Assembly: GCA_951406725.2 (NCBI GenBank)
Contig: OX597839.1
Coordinates: 21,018,001 to 21,082,000, forward strand
From: Octopus vulgaris
Lineage: Eukaryota
Length of the DNA stretch: 64,000 nt
Direction of reading: 5' to 3'
The translations under genes were made by a program, and so were the position numbers. Shown piece by piece: positions 13,229 through 26,679 of this stretch. Every line of letters starts with the position of its first letter. Position 1 is the first letter of the stretch. The notes below the pieces were generated by a model, which was not told where the DNA came from, ran no database searches, and saw only the letters and a list, made by a program, of their open reading frames with translations.

Positions 13229-13799
13229 TAGTTATAAAAATAAAAATGATAATAATAATAATAATAATCCTTTCTACTATAGGCACAGGGCCTGAAATTT
13301 GGGGGAAGGGGTCTAGTCTATCACATCGACCCCAGGACTCAAGTGGCACCCTATCGACCCTGAAAGGAGGAAAAGTGAAGCCGACCTCGGTGGAACTCAG
13401 ACTCATGATGCAGCAATGGGCGAAATGCCGCCAAGCATGTCATCCAGCATGCAAACGATTGTGCCTCGTTTTTATTGTAGGCACAAAGCCTAAAATTTTG
13501 TAGGAGGGTTCTAGTTGGTGACATCAAACCCTAGTGCTCAACAGGTACTTATTTTATCGTCCCTGAAAGGATGAAAGGCAAGGTGGACCTTGGCAGAATT
13601 TGAACTCAGAACATAAGGACGGATGAAATGTCACAAAGTATTTTGCCCGGTGTGCTAACGAATTGGCCAGCTTGCCACCTTAATAACAATAATATGTACC
13701 TAGGTCATTTTGATGACATGTGCTGCTCTCTCACTCATTAAGAATATTAAGAATGAAAAGAATGATATTAAGAAAATCAAATGGAGATTGTAGTTAAGA

Positions 13800-14095
13800 T
13801 ACCCGTGCCGGTGACATGTCAAAAACACCATCCGAACGTGGCAGTTGCCAGCGCCGCCTGACTGGCGTCCGTGTCGGTGACACGTAAAAGCACCAACTGA
13901 TCGTGGTCATTTGCCAGCCTTGTCTGGCCCCTGTGCCGGTGGCACGTAAAAAGCACCCACTACACTCATGGAGTGGTTGCTGTTAGGAAGGGCATCCATC
14001 TGTAGAAACACAGTGAGATCATATAGGAACCTGGTGCAGCCTCCTGGCTTCCCAGACCCTGGTCAAACAATCCAGCCCATGCTAGCATGGAAAAC

Positions 14096-14125
<30 letters not shown>
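13800..14125 (+). mobile_element. Family C (RTE-tail) repeat
   Basis: Matches 4360-4582, ends in (GAT)n. Confidence 0.7.
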
Positions 14126-14126
<1 letters not shown>

Positions 14127-14127
14127 A

Positions 14128-14667
14128 AAATGCCTTGATGCAGTACCAGGCAGTGGCTCCCATGGCTTCTGATCTTAACTGATTTGAAGTGTTATGTACA
14201 TTGTTTTGTCTTGGTATAAAAGATGGGCTGCAGCAAATATTCTGCTCAATACCACAGATTTGCTTGACCAGGTGAGCATGTCCCTCAGTGGCTGACGATA
14301 TGTGCATCTCTGATCACGAGCAGAAGTAGTGGGGGAGCATCATAGCCGTGTGTTGAAAGGAATTCTTGTAGGTTTGGATAATTCACCTTTGGAAACATGG
14401 GTGTTTCGTTCAACATCCTTTAACAACCCTTATTCAGGGACCTTTTGAACAGGATGGTCTACTTGATCTGAAGAAAATTCTAACTGGGCCCCACCTGCAA
14501 GGTCATATACTGTTTATCTTGATATGAGACCACCACGTTGCACACAAATAGTTGTGATGCATGTGCCTGGTGTACACTTATTAGACGGGTAGTCATGACA
14601 GGTATATTGGGCTTTGTATATTCGTACCCCAATGTTCCTTTGATGGCATACATTTCTCTCTCACTTA
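14128..14667 (+). mobile_element. Family D dispersed element (about 540 bp, no ORF, TAA tail)
   Basis: Collinear with the reverse complement of 45998-46539 and sharing both ends. Confidence 0.8.
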
Positions 14668-14682
14668 ATAATAATAATAAAA

Positions 14683-15199
14683 ATCCTTTCTACTATAGAC
14701 ACAAGGCTTGAAATTTGGAGGAGGGGGATAGTCATCCTCATCAACCCCAGTGTTTCACTGGTATTTAATTCAACGACCCCCAAAAAGATGAAAAACAAAG
14801 TCGACCTCAGCAGAGTTTGAACTGAGAATGCAGTGACAGGCGAAGGCCGCTAAACATTTCACCCAGTGTGCTAACAATTCTGTCTGCTCACCAACCTTAA
14901 TAATAATATGACAAACAATAAATAATAATAATAATGATAATAATAATAATCCTTTCTGCTATAGGCACAAGGCCTGAAATTTTGGGAGGGTGCTAGTCAA
15001 TCACAACAACCCCAGTATTTCACTGGTACTTAATTTATTGACCCCCAAAAGGATGAAAGGCAAAGTTGACTTTAGCATAATTTGAACTCAGAACGTAGAG
15101 ACAGGCGAACAACTGCTAAGCACTTTGCCCAGTGTGCTAACGATTCTGCCAACTCACCACCTTGATGATGATGATGATAATGAATAATAATAATAATAA

Positions 15200-15230
<31 letters not shown>

Positions 15231-15582
15231 AAGAAGAAGAAGAAGAAGAAGAAGAAGAAGAAGAAGAAGAAGAAGAAGAAGAAGAAGAAGAAGAAGAAGA
15301 AGAAGAAGAAGAAGAAGAAGAAGAAGAAGAAGAAGAAGAAGAAGAAGAAGAACAGTAACACCAACAATATCCTTTTCTACTCTTGGCACAAGGCCCGAAA
15401 TTTTGGGGGAAGGATCCAGTCTATTAGATCAACCCCAGTACGTAACTGGTACTTAATTTATCCACCCTGAAAGGTTGAAGGGCGAAGTCAACCTCGGTGG
15501 AATTTGAACTCAGATTGTAGAGACAGGCAAACAACCACTAAGCATTTTGTCCAGCTTGCTAACAATTCTGCCAACTCACCAT
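14683..15582 (-). mobile_element. Three family B SINEs separated by (TAA)n, (GAT)n and (AAG)n tracts
   Basis: 14683-14900, 14950-15162 and 15370-15582 match family B. Confidence 0.8.
15201..15351. repeat. Pure (AAG)n, about 50 units
   Basis: Direct reading. Confidence 0.95.
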
Positions 15583-15595
15583 AGGTATATGTGTA

Positions 15596-15637
<42 letters not shown>

Positions 15638-16255
15638 TACATACACACATATATATACACATATTATGTATGTATATATATGTGATGATGATGATAATGA
15701 TAATAGTAACACCAACAATATCATCAGCAACAACAGCAGTAGCATAATAGTATAGCAGTACAACCAACAACAACAATAACAACAGCATTAACAGCAGCAA
15801 CAACATCAGCAACAGGAAGAAAAGAAGTAGCAGCAGCAGCCACAGTAGTAGCAGCGACAATGAGAACAATAACAACAACAACAACATTAACAATAACAAA
15901 AACAACAAAACCATATTAATAACAACAATAGGGACAACCACAACATCAAGAACAAAAACAGGAGCAGCAGCAGCAGTTAAATGTCAGCCAATCAGATTGA
16001 TTCTATGAAAACTATGGTAAGAGACAAACAGACAAAGGATTGGAACAATGAATGAAAGAATGAATGAGGGGACAGAATGAACTTGAGAATGAGTAATCAG
16101 ATGAATGACTGAATGAATGAATGGATAAATGGATGAAGAAACAGGAGTGGCTGTGTGGTGAGAAGCTTGCTTCCGGACCCACATGGTTCTGGGTTCAGTC
16201 CCATTGCGTGGCACCTTGGGCAAGTGTCTCCTACTATAGCCTCAGGCCGATTATA

Positions 16256-16730
16256 TATTTCTTTATTGCCCACAAGGGACTAAACACAGAGGGGACAAAG
16301 AAGGACAGACAAAGGGATTAAGTCGATTACATCGACCTCAGTGCGTAACTGGTACTTAATTTATCGACCCCGAAAGGATGAAAGGCAAAGTTGACCTCAG
16401 CAGAATTTGAACTCAGAACATAGCAGCAGACGAAATACTTCCAGCTTGCCAAAAGCATCAAAAGGCAACCTTTCATTCTTTCAGGGTTAACTGATCAAAT
16501 ACCTATTTCTTTACTACCCACAAGGGGCTAAACATAGAGGGGACAAACAAGGACAGACAAAGGGATTAAGTCGATTACATCGACTCCCAGTGCGTAACTG
16601 GTACTTAATTTATCGACCCCGAAAGGATGAAAGGCAAAGTCGACCTCGGTGGAATTTGAACTCACAACGTAACGACAGACGAAATACGGCTAAGCATTTC
16701 GCCCGGCGTGCTAACGTTTCTGCCAGCTCG
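16256..16730 (-). mobile_element. Family B SINEs flanked by a 14-bp direct repeat (TSD)
   Basis: TCAGGCCGATTATA at 16242-16255 and 16731-16744. Confidence 0.8.
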
Positions 16731-16734
16731 TCAG

Positions 16735-17330
16735 GCCGATTATAATTGCAGGAATGGCTGTGTAGTAAGTAGCTTACTTCCCAAGCCACATGGTTCTAGG
16801 TTCAGTCCCATTGCATGGCACCTTGGGCCAATTATAACTGCAAGAGTAGCTGTGTGCTGAGAAGCTTGCTTCGCAACCCACATGGTTCCAGGTTCAGACC
16901 CATTGCATGGCACCTTGGGCCAATTATAACTGCAAGAGTAGCTGTGTGGTGAGAAGCTTGCTTCGCAACCCACATGGTTCTAGGTTCAGTCCCATTGCAT
17001 GGCACCTTGGGCCAATTATAACTGCAAGAGTAGCTGTGTGGTGAGAAGCTTGCTTCGCAACCCACATGGTTCTAGGTTCAGTCCCATTGCATGGCACCTT
17101 GGGCAAATGTCAGCTACTATAGCCTCAGGCCAATTATAACTGCAGGAGTGGCTGTGTGGTGAGAAGCTTGCTTCGCAACCCACATGGTTCCCGGTTCAGT
17201 CCCATTGCTTGAGGCTATTAGTAGCTGACATTTGCCCAATGTGCCACGCAATGGAACTGAACCTGGAACCATGTGGGTTGCGAAGCAAGCTTCTCACCAC
17301 ACAGCCACTCCTGCAATTATAATTAGCCTG
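16735..17330. repeat. 92-bp tandem array of family A SINE heads followed by an inverted copy
   Basis: Units at about 16740, 16832, 16924, 17016 and 17130; inverted copy at 17209-17330. Confidence 0.9.
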
Positions 17331-17446
17331 GGGACGATTTCTTCAACTAAAAAAAGCACCTTTAATGTGTTGCTCCAGCATAGCCACAGTCAAGTGACTG
17401 AAACAAGAGTAAAAGAATTAAAGAATTAAAGAATAAAGGAATATAT

Positions 17447-17626
17447 GATGAGGAGAGCTGCATAAAGAAGTGGCGAGCTCTAAGTGTGGAGGGCACTTGT
17501 GGAAGGGGTAGACCCAGGGAGACGTAGGTCAAAGTCGCGAGATAGGATCTTTGGATGATGGGCCTCATTGAGGAAATGACAAGGGACCGAGAGATGTGCT
17601 GATTTGCTGTACTTGATAAGACATGT
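17447..17626 (+). mobile_element. Degenerate RTE-clade LINE ORF C-terminal fragment
   Basis: Translates DEESCIKKWRALSVEGTCGRGRPRET*VKVAR*DLWMMGLIEEMTRDREMC; VEG..GRGRPR.TW and .DR..W motifs are typical of RTE C-termini; in-frame stops. Confidence 0.8.
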
Positions 17627-17629
17627 CGA

Positions 17630-18215
17630 GAATCATTAACACGCCAGGTGAAGTGCTTAGCAGTATTTCGTCAGCCGCTACATTCTGAGTTCAAATTCCG
17701 CCGAGGTCGATTTTGCCTTTCATCCTTTCGGGGTTGATTAAATAAGTACCAGCTACACACTGGGGTCGATATAATCGACTTCATCCGTTTGTCTGTCCTT
17801 GTTTGTCCTCTCTGTGTTTAGCCCCTTGTGGGTAGTCAAGAAATAGGTATTTTGTCTGCCGCTACGTTCTGAGTTCAAATTCCGCCGAGGTCGATTTTGC
17901 CTTTCATCCTTTCGGGGTCGATTAAATAAGTACCAGTTACACACTGGGGTCGATATAATCGACTTCATCCATTTGTCTGTCCTTGTTTGTCCTCTCTGTG
18001 TTTAGCCCCTTGTGGATAGTAAAGAAATAGGTATTTCGTCTGCCGCTACGTTCTGAGTTCAAATTCCGCCGAGGTCGACTTTGCCTTTCATCCTTTCGGG
18101 GTCGATTAAATAAGTACCAGTTACGCACTGGGGTCGATGTAATCGACTTAATCCGTTTGTCTGTCCTTGTTTGTCCACTCTATGTTTAGCCCCTTGAGGG
18201 TAGTAAAAGAAATAG
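17630..18215 (+). mobile_element. Family B head-to-tail array, 184-bp unit x3
   Basis: Junction AAGAAATA|GGTATT at about 17846 and 18030. Confidence 0.9.
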
Positions 18216-18554
18216 CTAAGTAAAATCACTGTCTTCCATACATACAGGTGTGTCCTTTTAGGTGCCGGCACCACTTAAAAGGCACCTGTGCCACTGCTGC
18301 ATAAACGCATCCATGCTCGTACTGGATAAATGCACTCGTGCCAGCGCTGTGTGAATGCGCACCTGTGCCTGTGGCATGTAAAAGACACCCAGCACGTTCG
18401 GTTAAGAGGGGATGTTGGCGTTAGGGAGGGCATCCAGCCATAGAAACCATGCCACGACAGACAGTTGGGAGTTTGGACAGCTCCCTGCTAGCCAGCGCCA
18501 TGTGAAACCCTCCAACTCATACTGTATGGGGAAGTGGACGCTAAACAATAATGA

Positions 18555-18920
18555 TGATGGATGATGATGATGACGATGATGGTGGTGATGACGATAGTGG
18601 TGTTGATGGTGGTGGTGATGGTGGTGGTGGTGGTGGTGATGATGGTGGTGGTGGTGGTGGTGGTGGTGGTGATGATGGTGGTGGTGGTGGTGGTGGTGGT
18701 GGTGGTGGTGGTGGTGGTGGTGATGGTTGTGTTGATGGTGGTGGTGGTGGTGATGGTGATGATGGTGGTGGTGGTGGTGGTGGTTATGGTGGTGGTGATG
18801 ATGGTGGTGGTGGTGGTGGTGGTGGTGGTGGTGGTGGTGTTGATGGTGGTGGTGGTGGTGGTGATGGTGGTGGTGGTAGTGTTGTTGGTGTTGTTGTTGG
18901 TGGTAGTGGTGATGATGATG
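18555..18920. repeat. (GGT)n/(GAT)n tract extending a family C tail
   Basis: Direct reading; family C at about 18250-18555. Confidence 0.9.
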
Positions 18921-19006
18921 AGCAGCGTTCGGAGTGACGGTTGTCAATCGATGTTGCGGGACAAACACAGACACACAAACATATACACACATATACACAT
19001 ATACAA

Positions 19007-19043
<37 letters not shown>

Positions 19044-19220
19044 AACATATATACGACGGAATTCTTTCGGTTTCTGTCTACCAAATCCACTGACAAGGCT
19101 TTGGTCGGCCCAAGGTTAGAGTAGAAATTAAAAATGTCCCCCCAGAAGTAGAGGTAGGCTGGATTGTAGCCACACTTCTATACAAGAGGAAGGACAAGAC
19201 ACAATTGATTGAAATTGTAT

Positions 19221-19625
19221 AGGCGCAGGAGTGGCTGTGTGGTAAGTAGCTTGCTAACCAACCACATGGTTCCGGGTTCAGTCCCACTGCGTGGCATCTT
19301 GGGCAAGTGTCTTCTGCTATAGCCCCGGGCCGACCAATGCCTTGTGAGTGGATTTGGTAGACGGAAACTGAAAGAAGCCTGTCGTATATATGTATATATA
19401 TATGTATGTGTGTGTGTGTGTTTGTGTTTGTCCCCCTAGCATTGCTTGACCACCGATGCTGGTGTGTTTACGTCCCCGTCACTTAGCGGTTCGGCAAAAG
19501 AGACCGATAGAATAAGTACTGGGCTTACAAAGAATAAGTCCCGGGGTCGATTTGCTCGACTAAAGGTGGTGCTCCAGCATGGCCACAGTCAAATGACTGA
19601 AACAAGTAAAAGAGTAAAAGAGTAG
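19221..19625 (+). mobile_element. SINE family A, full length
   Basis: Collinear with other A copies. Confidence 0.85.
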
Positions 19626-19777
19626 ACGGGCTAACAATTCCAGTCTGTTATATATTTTGAGTATTGTTATCACTAGCCATATCAAGATATAACTTTGTAT
19701 TTTATATTTTATGTGTTGGTGTATATATATAGATGTACATGTAATATGTACACATATATATACACATATATACATGC

Positions 19778-19818
19778 ACTAGCACTATGACCCGGCAACG
19801 ACGGGTCATAATGCTAGT
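19778..19818. repeat. 41-bp palindrome resembling a Helitron 3' end
   Basis: ACTAGCACTATGACCCG-GCAACGA-CGGGTCATAATGCTAGT. Confidence 0.7.
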
Positions 19819-20204
19819 ATATATATATATATTTGTGTGTGTGTTTGTGTGTGGTGTTGGTGTGTTTACATTTTCATAACTTAGTAGGTCAGTAAAAGAG
19901 ACCAATAAAATAAGTACCAGGCTCAAAAAATAAGAAGCACTAGGGGGGTCAACTCATTTGATTAAAATTCTTCACGTCGGTGCCCCAGCATGGTCGCAGT
20001 CTAATGAATGAATCAAGTAAAAGAGTAAAGAAAGTGTTATATATACCAGTAATTAACATGTTCCACATTGCCCTTGCCATTTGCTTCACCAATATCTTTA
20101 AACCCTCACACACACACACACCCTCAGTCACCCCCTCACATACACACTCACTTCACACCACCCCATTAATGACTACACACTCACACCTACACCTGTACTT
20201 GTAC

Positions 20205-20536
20205 TTGTGGCGACATTCACCCTGGGCGGGTTGAGTCTGCTTCTTCCACCACCCTCAAGGCATCTTGAACCATGGCAGTGGAAGAAGTTTCGTGGGAATA
20301 TGATTTTTACAAGCGGTCCCCAACAATCCCACATGTGGAGACATCCTGTTTGCCGCAGATTGTCCACAGACGCAGGGACAGAACGACCGAGGAGCCACTG
20401 GTTGCCAAAACAGACACTCTAAGGATTTTCCCCAGAGCACCGTCTGCCGGGTTGTGGCCCTAATACCTCTCAGTGTCAGACCAATCCGCCTTGGGTGACC
20501 CTACCAGGAACTGAAGTTCCCGATGGCATAGCTCTG
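20205..20536 (-). mobile_element. Probable RTE LINE 5' region fragment
   Basis: GC-rich island containing CCGCCTTGGGTGACCCTACCAGG...GGCATAGCTC, recalled as the reverse complement of RTE 5' UTR motifs. Confidence 0.4.
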
Positions 20537-20571
20537 ACCTACACATGCCCCTCCACTAACCCACCAGCACT

Positions 20572-20832
20572 ATACTCATGCACTTCTATACACAAACATG
20601 CACCACAGCAAAACAGAATCCACCTGTTTTGCTGTGGTGCATGTTTGTGTATAGAAGTGCATGAGTATGTAGGTGGTAGCCTGTTAGTATGTGGTAGTTA
20701 GTATGTGGTAGTTAGTATGTAGGTAGTAGCCTGTGTGTGTATCTCTTTCTGGAAGTGGGCACAATAGAATCCACCTGTTGTGCCCACTTCCAGAAAGAGA
20801 TACACACACAGGCTACCACCTACATACTAACT
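20572..20832. repeat. Two long hairpins (45-bp perfect arms; 58-bp arms with 2 mismatches) sharing the loop AATCCAC
   Basis: Arms 20572-20616/20624-20668 and 20710-20767/20775-20832. Confidence 0.95.
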
Positions 20833-20895
20833 CTTTCCTCCTGTCTCAGTTACCCATTCATTCTCTTGACGATTTCTCCTCCTCATGCTTCAATG

Positions 20896-20940
20896 TTTCT
20901 ATCATCTGATGAAGGACTACCATCAGAAACGTCAGAAGAC
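20896..20940 (+). ncRNA. Degenerate minimal hammerhead ribozyme motif (Penelope-like pLTR)
   Basis: CTGATGA-aggactaccatca-GAAACGTC; stems I and II imperfect. Confidence 0.45.
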
Positions 20941-21039
20941 ATACTCTTTCCATTAAAGGTGTTAAACTAAATAATTTAACACGGTATTTGTCAAACTTTT
21001 TTTCTCTTGCAGTGGGTGTCTTATTTTTTGCTTTTACAC

Positions 21040-21077
<38 letters not shown>

Positions 21078-21359
21078 AGTATATGCATACTAACATATAT
21101 ATAAGTGGGTGTGCATGTGTGAGTGTATGTATATATATGTGTGTGTGTATGTTTTTATATATATATATGTGTATGTATGCATATACATATATATATATAT
21201 ATATATCTGTACATGCAAACCCAGTTATATAATGTGAGCTGAGACAGCTGCTCAACAAAGGCTGCTAAAAGGAAACATACACAAACATGCGTATATACAA
21301 CATGACATATAAATAAATGCATGCAGATATACATACATACATGCATAAATACATACATG

Positions 21360-21406
<47 letters not shown>

Positions 21407-21567
21407 TATAAATATATAGATAAATGTGTATATCTATATACTTCTATATATATATAATGTATGTATATATAAATATATATATATATATATAAATACATAT
21501 ATATATATATTTATGCATACATATATGTGTGTGTATATATGTGTGAGTTTGTGTATATATATATAAA

Positions 21568-21609
<42 letters not shown>

Positions 21610-22288
21610 GATATATATGTGTGTATATATATGTATGTATATACATATCTATGTGTGTGTATACATACATATTACATACATGTGTGTTGTATGTGTGTGT
21701 GTGTGTGTTTATATATATATATATATACATATATACATATACATACAAATATATATATACATATATATATAAATACATACATACATATATGTATATACAT
21801 ACACATATATATATACATACTATACATACATACATACATACATATATACGTACATATATACATACACACACACACTCACACACACACATATCTATATATA
21901 TATATATATATACATACATACAATATATACATACATTCTTATACATGCCCACTTGCAATTATACTTGAGATAAGTCTTTAACAAGGCTGCAGAAACACAA
22001 TAGTAAGATACATACGCAAACACACGCACACACACATACATACGCATACATGTGCATCCACGCACATCTACTCATATACATACACTCATGCATATATGCC
22101 TGCACATACATAAGCTGTAGGACTCGTACTACCTCGAGCACATTTATACACCCATATATATATATATATATATACATATATACATATACATATATACATA
22201 TATATATATACATATACACATATATACATACATATATACATATACATATATACATATATACATATACACATTATACATATATACATAT

Positions 22289-22327
<39 letters not shown>

Positions 22328-22369
22328 CACACACACACATATATATATACATATATATATATATAACAC

Positions 22370-22438
<69 letters not shown>

Positions 22439-22503
22439 CATATACATATATATATATATATATATACATATATATACACATATATATATACACACACACA
22501 CAC

Positions 22504-22590
<87 letters not shown>
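21040..22590. repeat. (TA)n/(CA)n/(TG)n microsatellite field
   Basis: Direct reading. Confidence 0.9.
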
Positions 22591-22591
<1 letters not shown>

Positions 22592-23142
22592 ACTACTCAT
22601 ATGTATATGTGTATATGTGACTACATGTATATGTGTACCAATGCTCTTATACAGATGCAAGTATGTGCACACAGGCTCTTCCACAGAGGTAGGCATATGT
22701 ACAAAGGGAATTAAAGATATATATGTGAATATATATATATATATACATATATGTGTGTGTGTATACATATATGCAATTGTAATTGTGTAAAACTTTGGCA
22801 TATGTTGGCAAAACAGGAGATAAATACAGAAATGTGCACTTCACGCACACACACAAACATACACGCACAGATATATACCAGCAGAAACACATAACCACAC
22901 ATATGCATACACATGCACATACATACATATATACACACACATACATACATGCATTCATGCGAATACAGTATATGCATCCAAGCATTCAGATACACACACA
23001 CACTCACTCACACACTTGCGCGTGCACACACACACACACACACACACTCGCGCACACACCACCTGGTGAGGTGCGCCAACATAAATACATAAATGTACAC
23101 AGACATAAGCGCATACATAAATACATGCACAAAGATATATAT

Positions 23143-23149
<7 letters not shown>

Positions 23150-23175
<26 letters not shown>

Positions 23176-23658
23176 CATATCTATATATACACATGCACAC
23201 ATACATATATATACCTGCAGAAACACATCTATGCACATACACACACACACATAGATATATATATATACATATCTATATATACACATGCACACATACATAT
23301 ATATATACCTGCAGAAACACATCTATGCACATACACACACACACACACATATATATATATACATATCTATATATACACATGCACACATACATATATATAT
23401 ACCTGCAGAAACACATCTATGCGCATACACACACACACACACACATATATATACCTGCAGAAACACATCTATGCACATACACACACACACATAGATATAT
23501 ATATATACATATCTATATATACACATGCACACATATATATATACCTGCAGAAACACATCTATGCACATACACATACACACATAGATATATATATATACAT
23601 ATCTATATATACACATGCACACATATATATATACCTGCAGAAACACATCTATGCACAT

Positions 23659-23700
<42 letters not shown>
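23150..23700. repeat. Minisatellite with core CCTGCAGAAACACATCTATGCACATAC x6
   Basis: Core at about 23214, 23308, 23402, 23454, 23544 and 23634. Confidence 0.85.
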
Positions 23701-23711
<11 letters not shown>

Positions 23712-23764
23712 CACAGATGTATACACCCATTGATGTTCCCCAACATAATCACATAATTATATAG

Positions 23765-23809
<45 letters not shown>

Positions 23810-24243
23810 AACCTACATTCATTAACATATACACATACACACGTGTATAAATATGTGCACATGGCTTAGTAATTATGCAAACTTTATTTTATGCGCGCAA
23901 ATGACAAGATACAGATGCAGATACACATGATGTATATAACAGCAAATATACACACATGCATATATCTGCATATATCTGCAAATACATGCTCTTGTAGATT
24001 TGCAAGTATAAGCACTCAGGCAATTAAATACACACACCCACACACACCTATATATATACATATTGTTACAAGCAGATAAATGTGCATACATGCACCTAGA
24101 CAAACACACACACGCATGCACGCACGCACGCACGTCCGTGCACACACGTTTGTCAACGCATGCATGTTGTCACATACACACACTTGCAAACACAAGTTCT
24201 CTTCTACAGACACAAACATTCGCTCAAAGGGAATGAAATTTAT

Positions 24244-24277
<34 letters not shown>

Positions 24278-24649
24278 ATACGTGCACACGCTCACACATG
24301 CATATGGTCATACACACACATGCACACATGTACACTTGCAGACACAAGGTCTTCTACAGATGCAAGCATATGCACGGAGGAAATCAGATATGCACACACA
24401 CACACACACACGTGTGTGCACTTACACACACACACACACTCATGCACAAATACACACATAAACACACTCATGCACAAATACACACACACATGTGCGTGCA
24501 CTTACAGACACACACACACATGCACAAATACACACACATAAACACACACGCATACACTCACACACACACACATACATGCACACAAACACTCTCACACACA
24601 CACATGCTCACACAGACACAAACACACACTCTCAAACATGCACATGCTG

Positions 24650-24680
<31 letters not shown>

Positions 24681-25204
24681 CAAGTATACTTTCAGACTCA
24701 AGGTTTTGTACAGACACAAGCATATGCACACACACACACACACACACACGCACTTAGTCTCACACACTCTCCCATACACACACACACACACACGCACTTA
24801 GTCTCACACACTCTCCCATAGACACACACACACACATGCACTTAGTCTCACACACTCTCCCATACACACACACACCCATATATACACACACACTCTCTCT
24901 CTCTCTTTCAAACACACACACACACACACACGTGTATACTTGCAAACAAGTTCTTGTACAGATGCAAGCATATTGCACTAAGAAAATCAAATACATGAAC
25001 ACACACAGACACTCACACATGCTCTCTCTCACACACACGCACACACACACACGCTCACACACACGCTCACACACACAACACACGCTAATGCACAAACGTT
25101 TGCCAGATCAGTTGCACAGCGCTGAGCATATGCGCAAGTATGATGTGACAAAAACAAACACATGCCCTCTCGCGACACACATGCAAATACAATATCACAC
25201 CGGC

Positions 25205-25238
<34 letters not shown>

Positions 25239-25329
25239 GGCTTGATGCAGGCACACAACTACACCTGTTAGGTGCAGTTACACAAAAATCCAGCAAGGAT
25301 ACACTACAGCAGGTATGGTCTCTCTCTGC

Positions 25330-26250
25330 ACATCATTATCATTATTATTATTATAATTATTAAAGACATCGCACAATATCCAATATTGTAATGTAAATTA
25401 CTATTGCTACTACTACTGTTAGTATTATTATTATTATTATTATTATATTATCATTATTATTGTTGTTATTACTATTATTATCATTATTATTGTTATTACT
25501 ATTATTATCATTATTATTATTATTATATTATCATTATTATTGTTGTTATTACTATTATTATTATTATTATTGTTATTACTATTATTATTATTATTATTAT
25601 TATTATATTATCATTATTATTGTTGTTATTACTATTATTATCATTATTATTGTTATTACTATTATTATTATTATTATTATATCATTATTGTTGTTGTTAT
25701 TACTATCATTATTATTATTATTATATTATTATTATTATTATTATTGTTGTTACTATTATTATTATCATTATTATTGTTATTACTATTATTATTATTATTA
25801 TTGTTATTACTATTATTATTATTATTATTATATCATTATTATTATTATTATTATTATATCATTATTATTATTATTATATTATTATTATCATTATTATTGT
25901 TATTACTATTATTATTATTATTATTACTATTATTATTATTATTATTATATCATTATTGTTGTTGTTATTACTATCATTATTATTATTATTATATTATTAT
26001 TATTATTATTGTTGTTACTATTATTATTATCATTATTATTGTTGTTGTTGTTGTTACTATTATTATTATTAGTTAGTTAGTTGGTAGCAGTAGTAGTGTT
26101 GCTGCTCTCGTTGTTGTTGTTGTTGCTGCTGCTACTGCTACTGCCACTACTACCACTACTACTACTACCACTACTACTACTACTGCTACTACTACTACTA
26201 CTGCTACTACTACTACTGCTGCTGCTACTGCTGCTGCTGTTGCTGCTAGC
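25330..26250. repeat. (TTA)n compound microsatellite followed by (CTA/CTG)n
   Basis: Direct reading. Confidence 0.9.
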
Positions 26251-26679
26251 CAATGTTGTTCTTGCTGTTCCTGTTGTGTCGCTTATTGTTCTTTAACGCT
26301 CGACCGAAAACAAAACTTGCAAGGAAAAATAAAATAAAAAAACAAACAAACAAACAAACAAACAAACAAACAAACAAAAAAACAAAGGCCTTCCAACCGT
26401 GACCATCCTGTCAATTTATTCTGATCAGACGACGATCGATTTCGAGGGCTGCATTTATTATTCAGCATGCGTGTATTTTCAAGATTGCAAAGTGTCATTT
26501 GAGCGTCACTTGACTGCTATTTCTAGCAAGGAGAAGTACTACCACGTGGTGGGGGGAAAGGGGAGGGGATTCTCACGCATTTTTGATGCTTTTTTAAAAA
26601 ATTATTATTACTATTATTATTATTATTACTATTATTGCAGTTTTTCTTTTTGTCACTTCTCTCACAGCTGTTGTATTTT

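Noticed and set aside
17630-18215. Retrozyme (rolling-circle) origin for B multimers
   Set aside because: No CTGANGA/GAAA hammerhead core on either strand; TSDs elsewhere favour nested insertion
18402-19124. Poly-Gly/poly-His structural protein
   Set aside because: (GGT/GAT)n expansion continuous with a family C tail, no splice support
25272-25312. Micro-exon TAG|GTGCAG...CAG|GTATGG
   Set aside because: Weak pyrimidine tract, no recognisable peptide or partner exon
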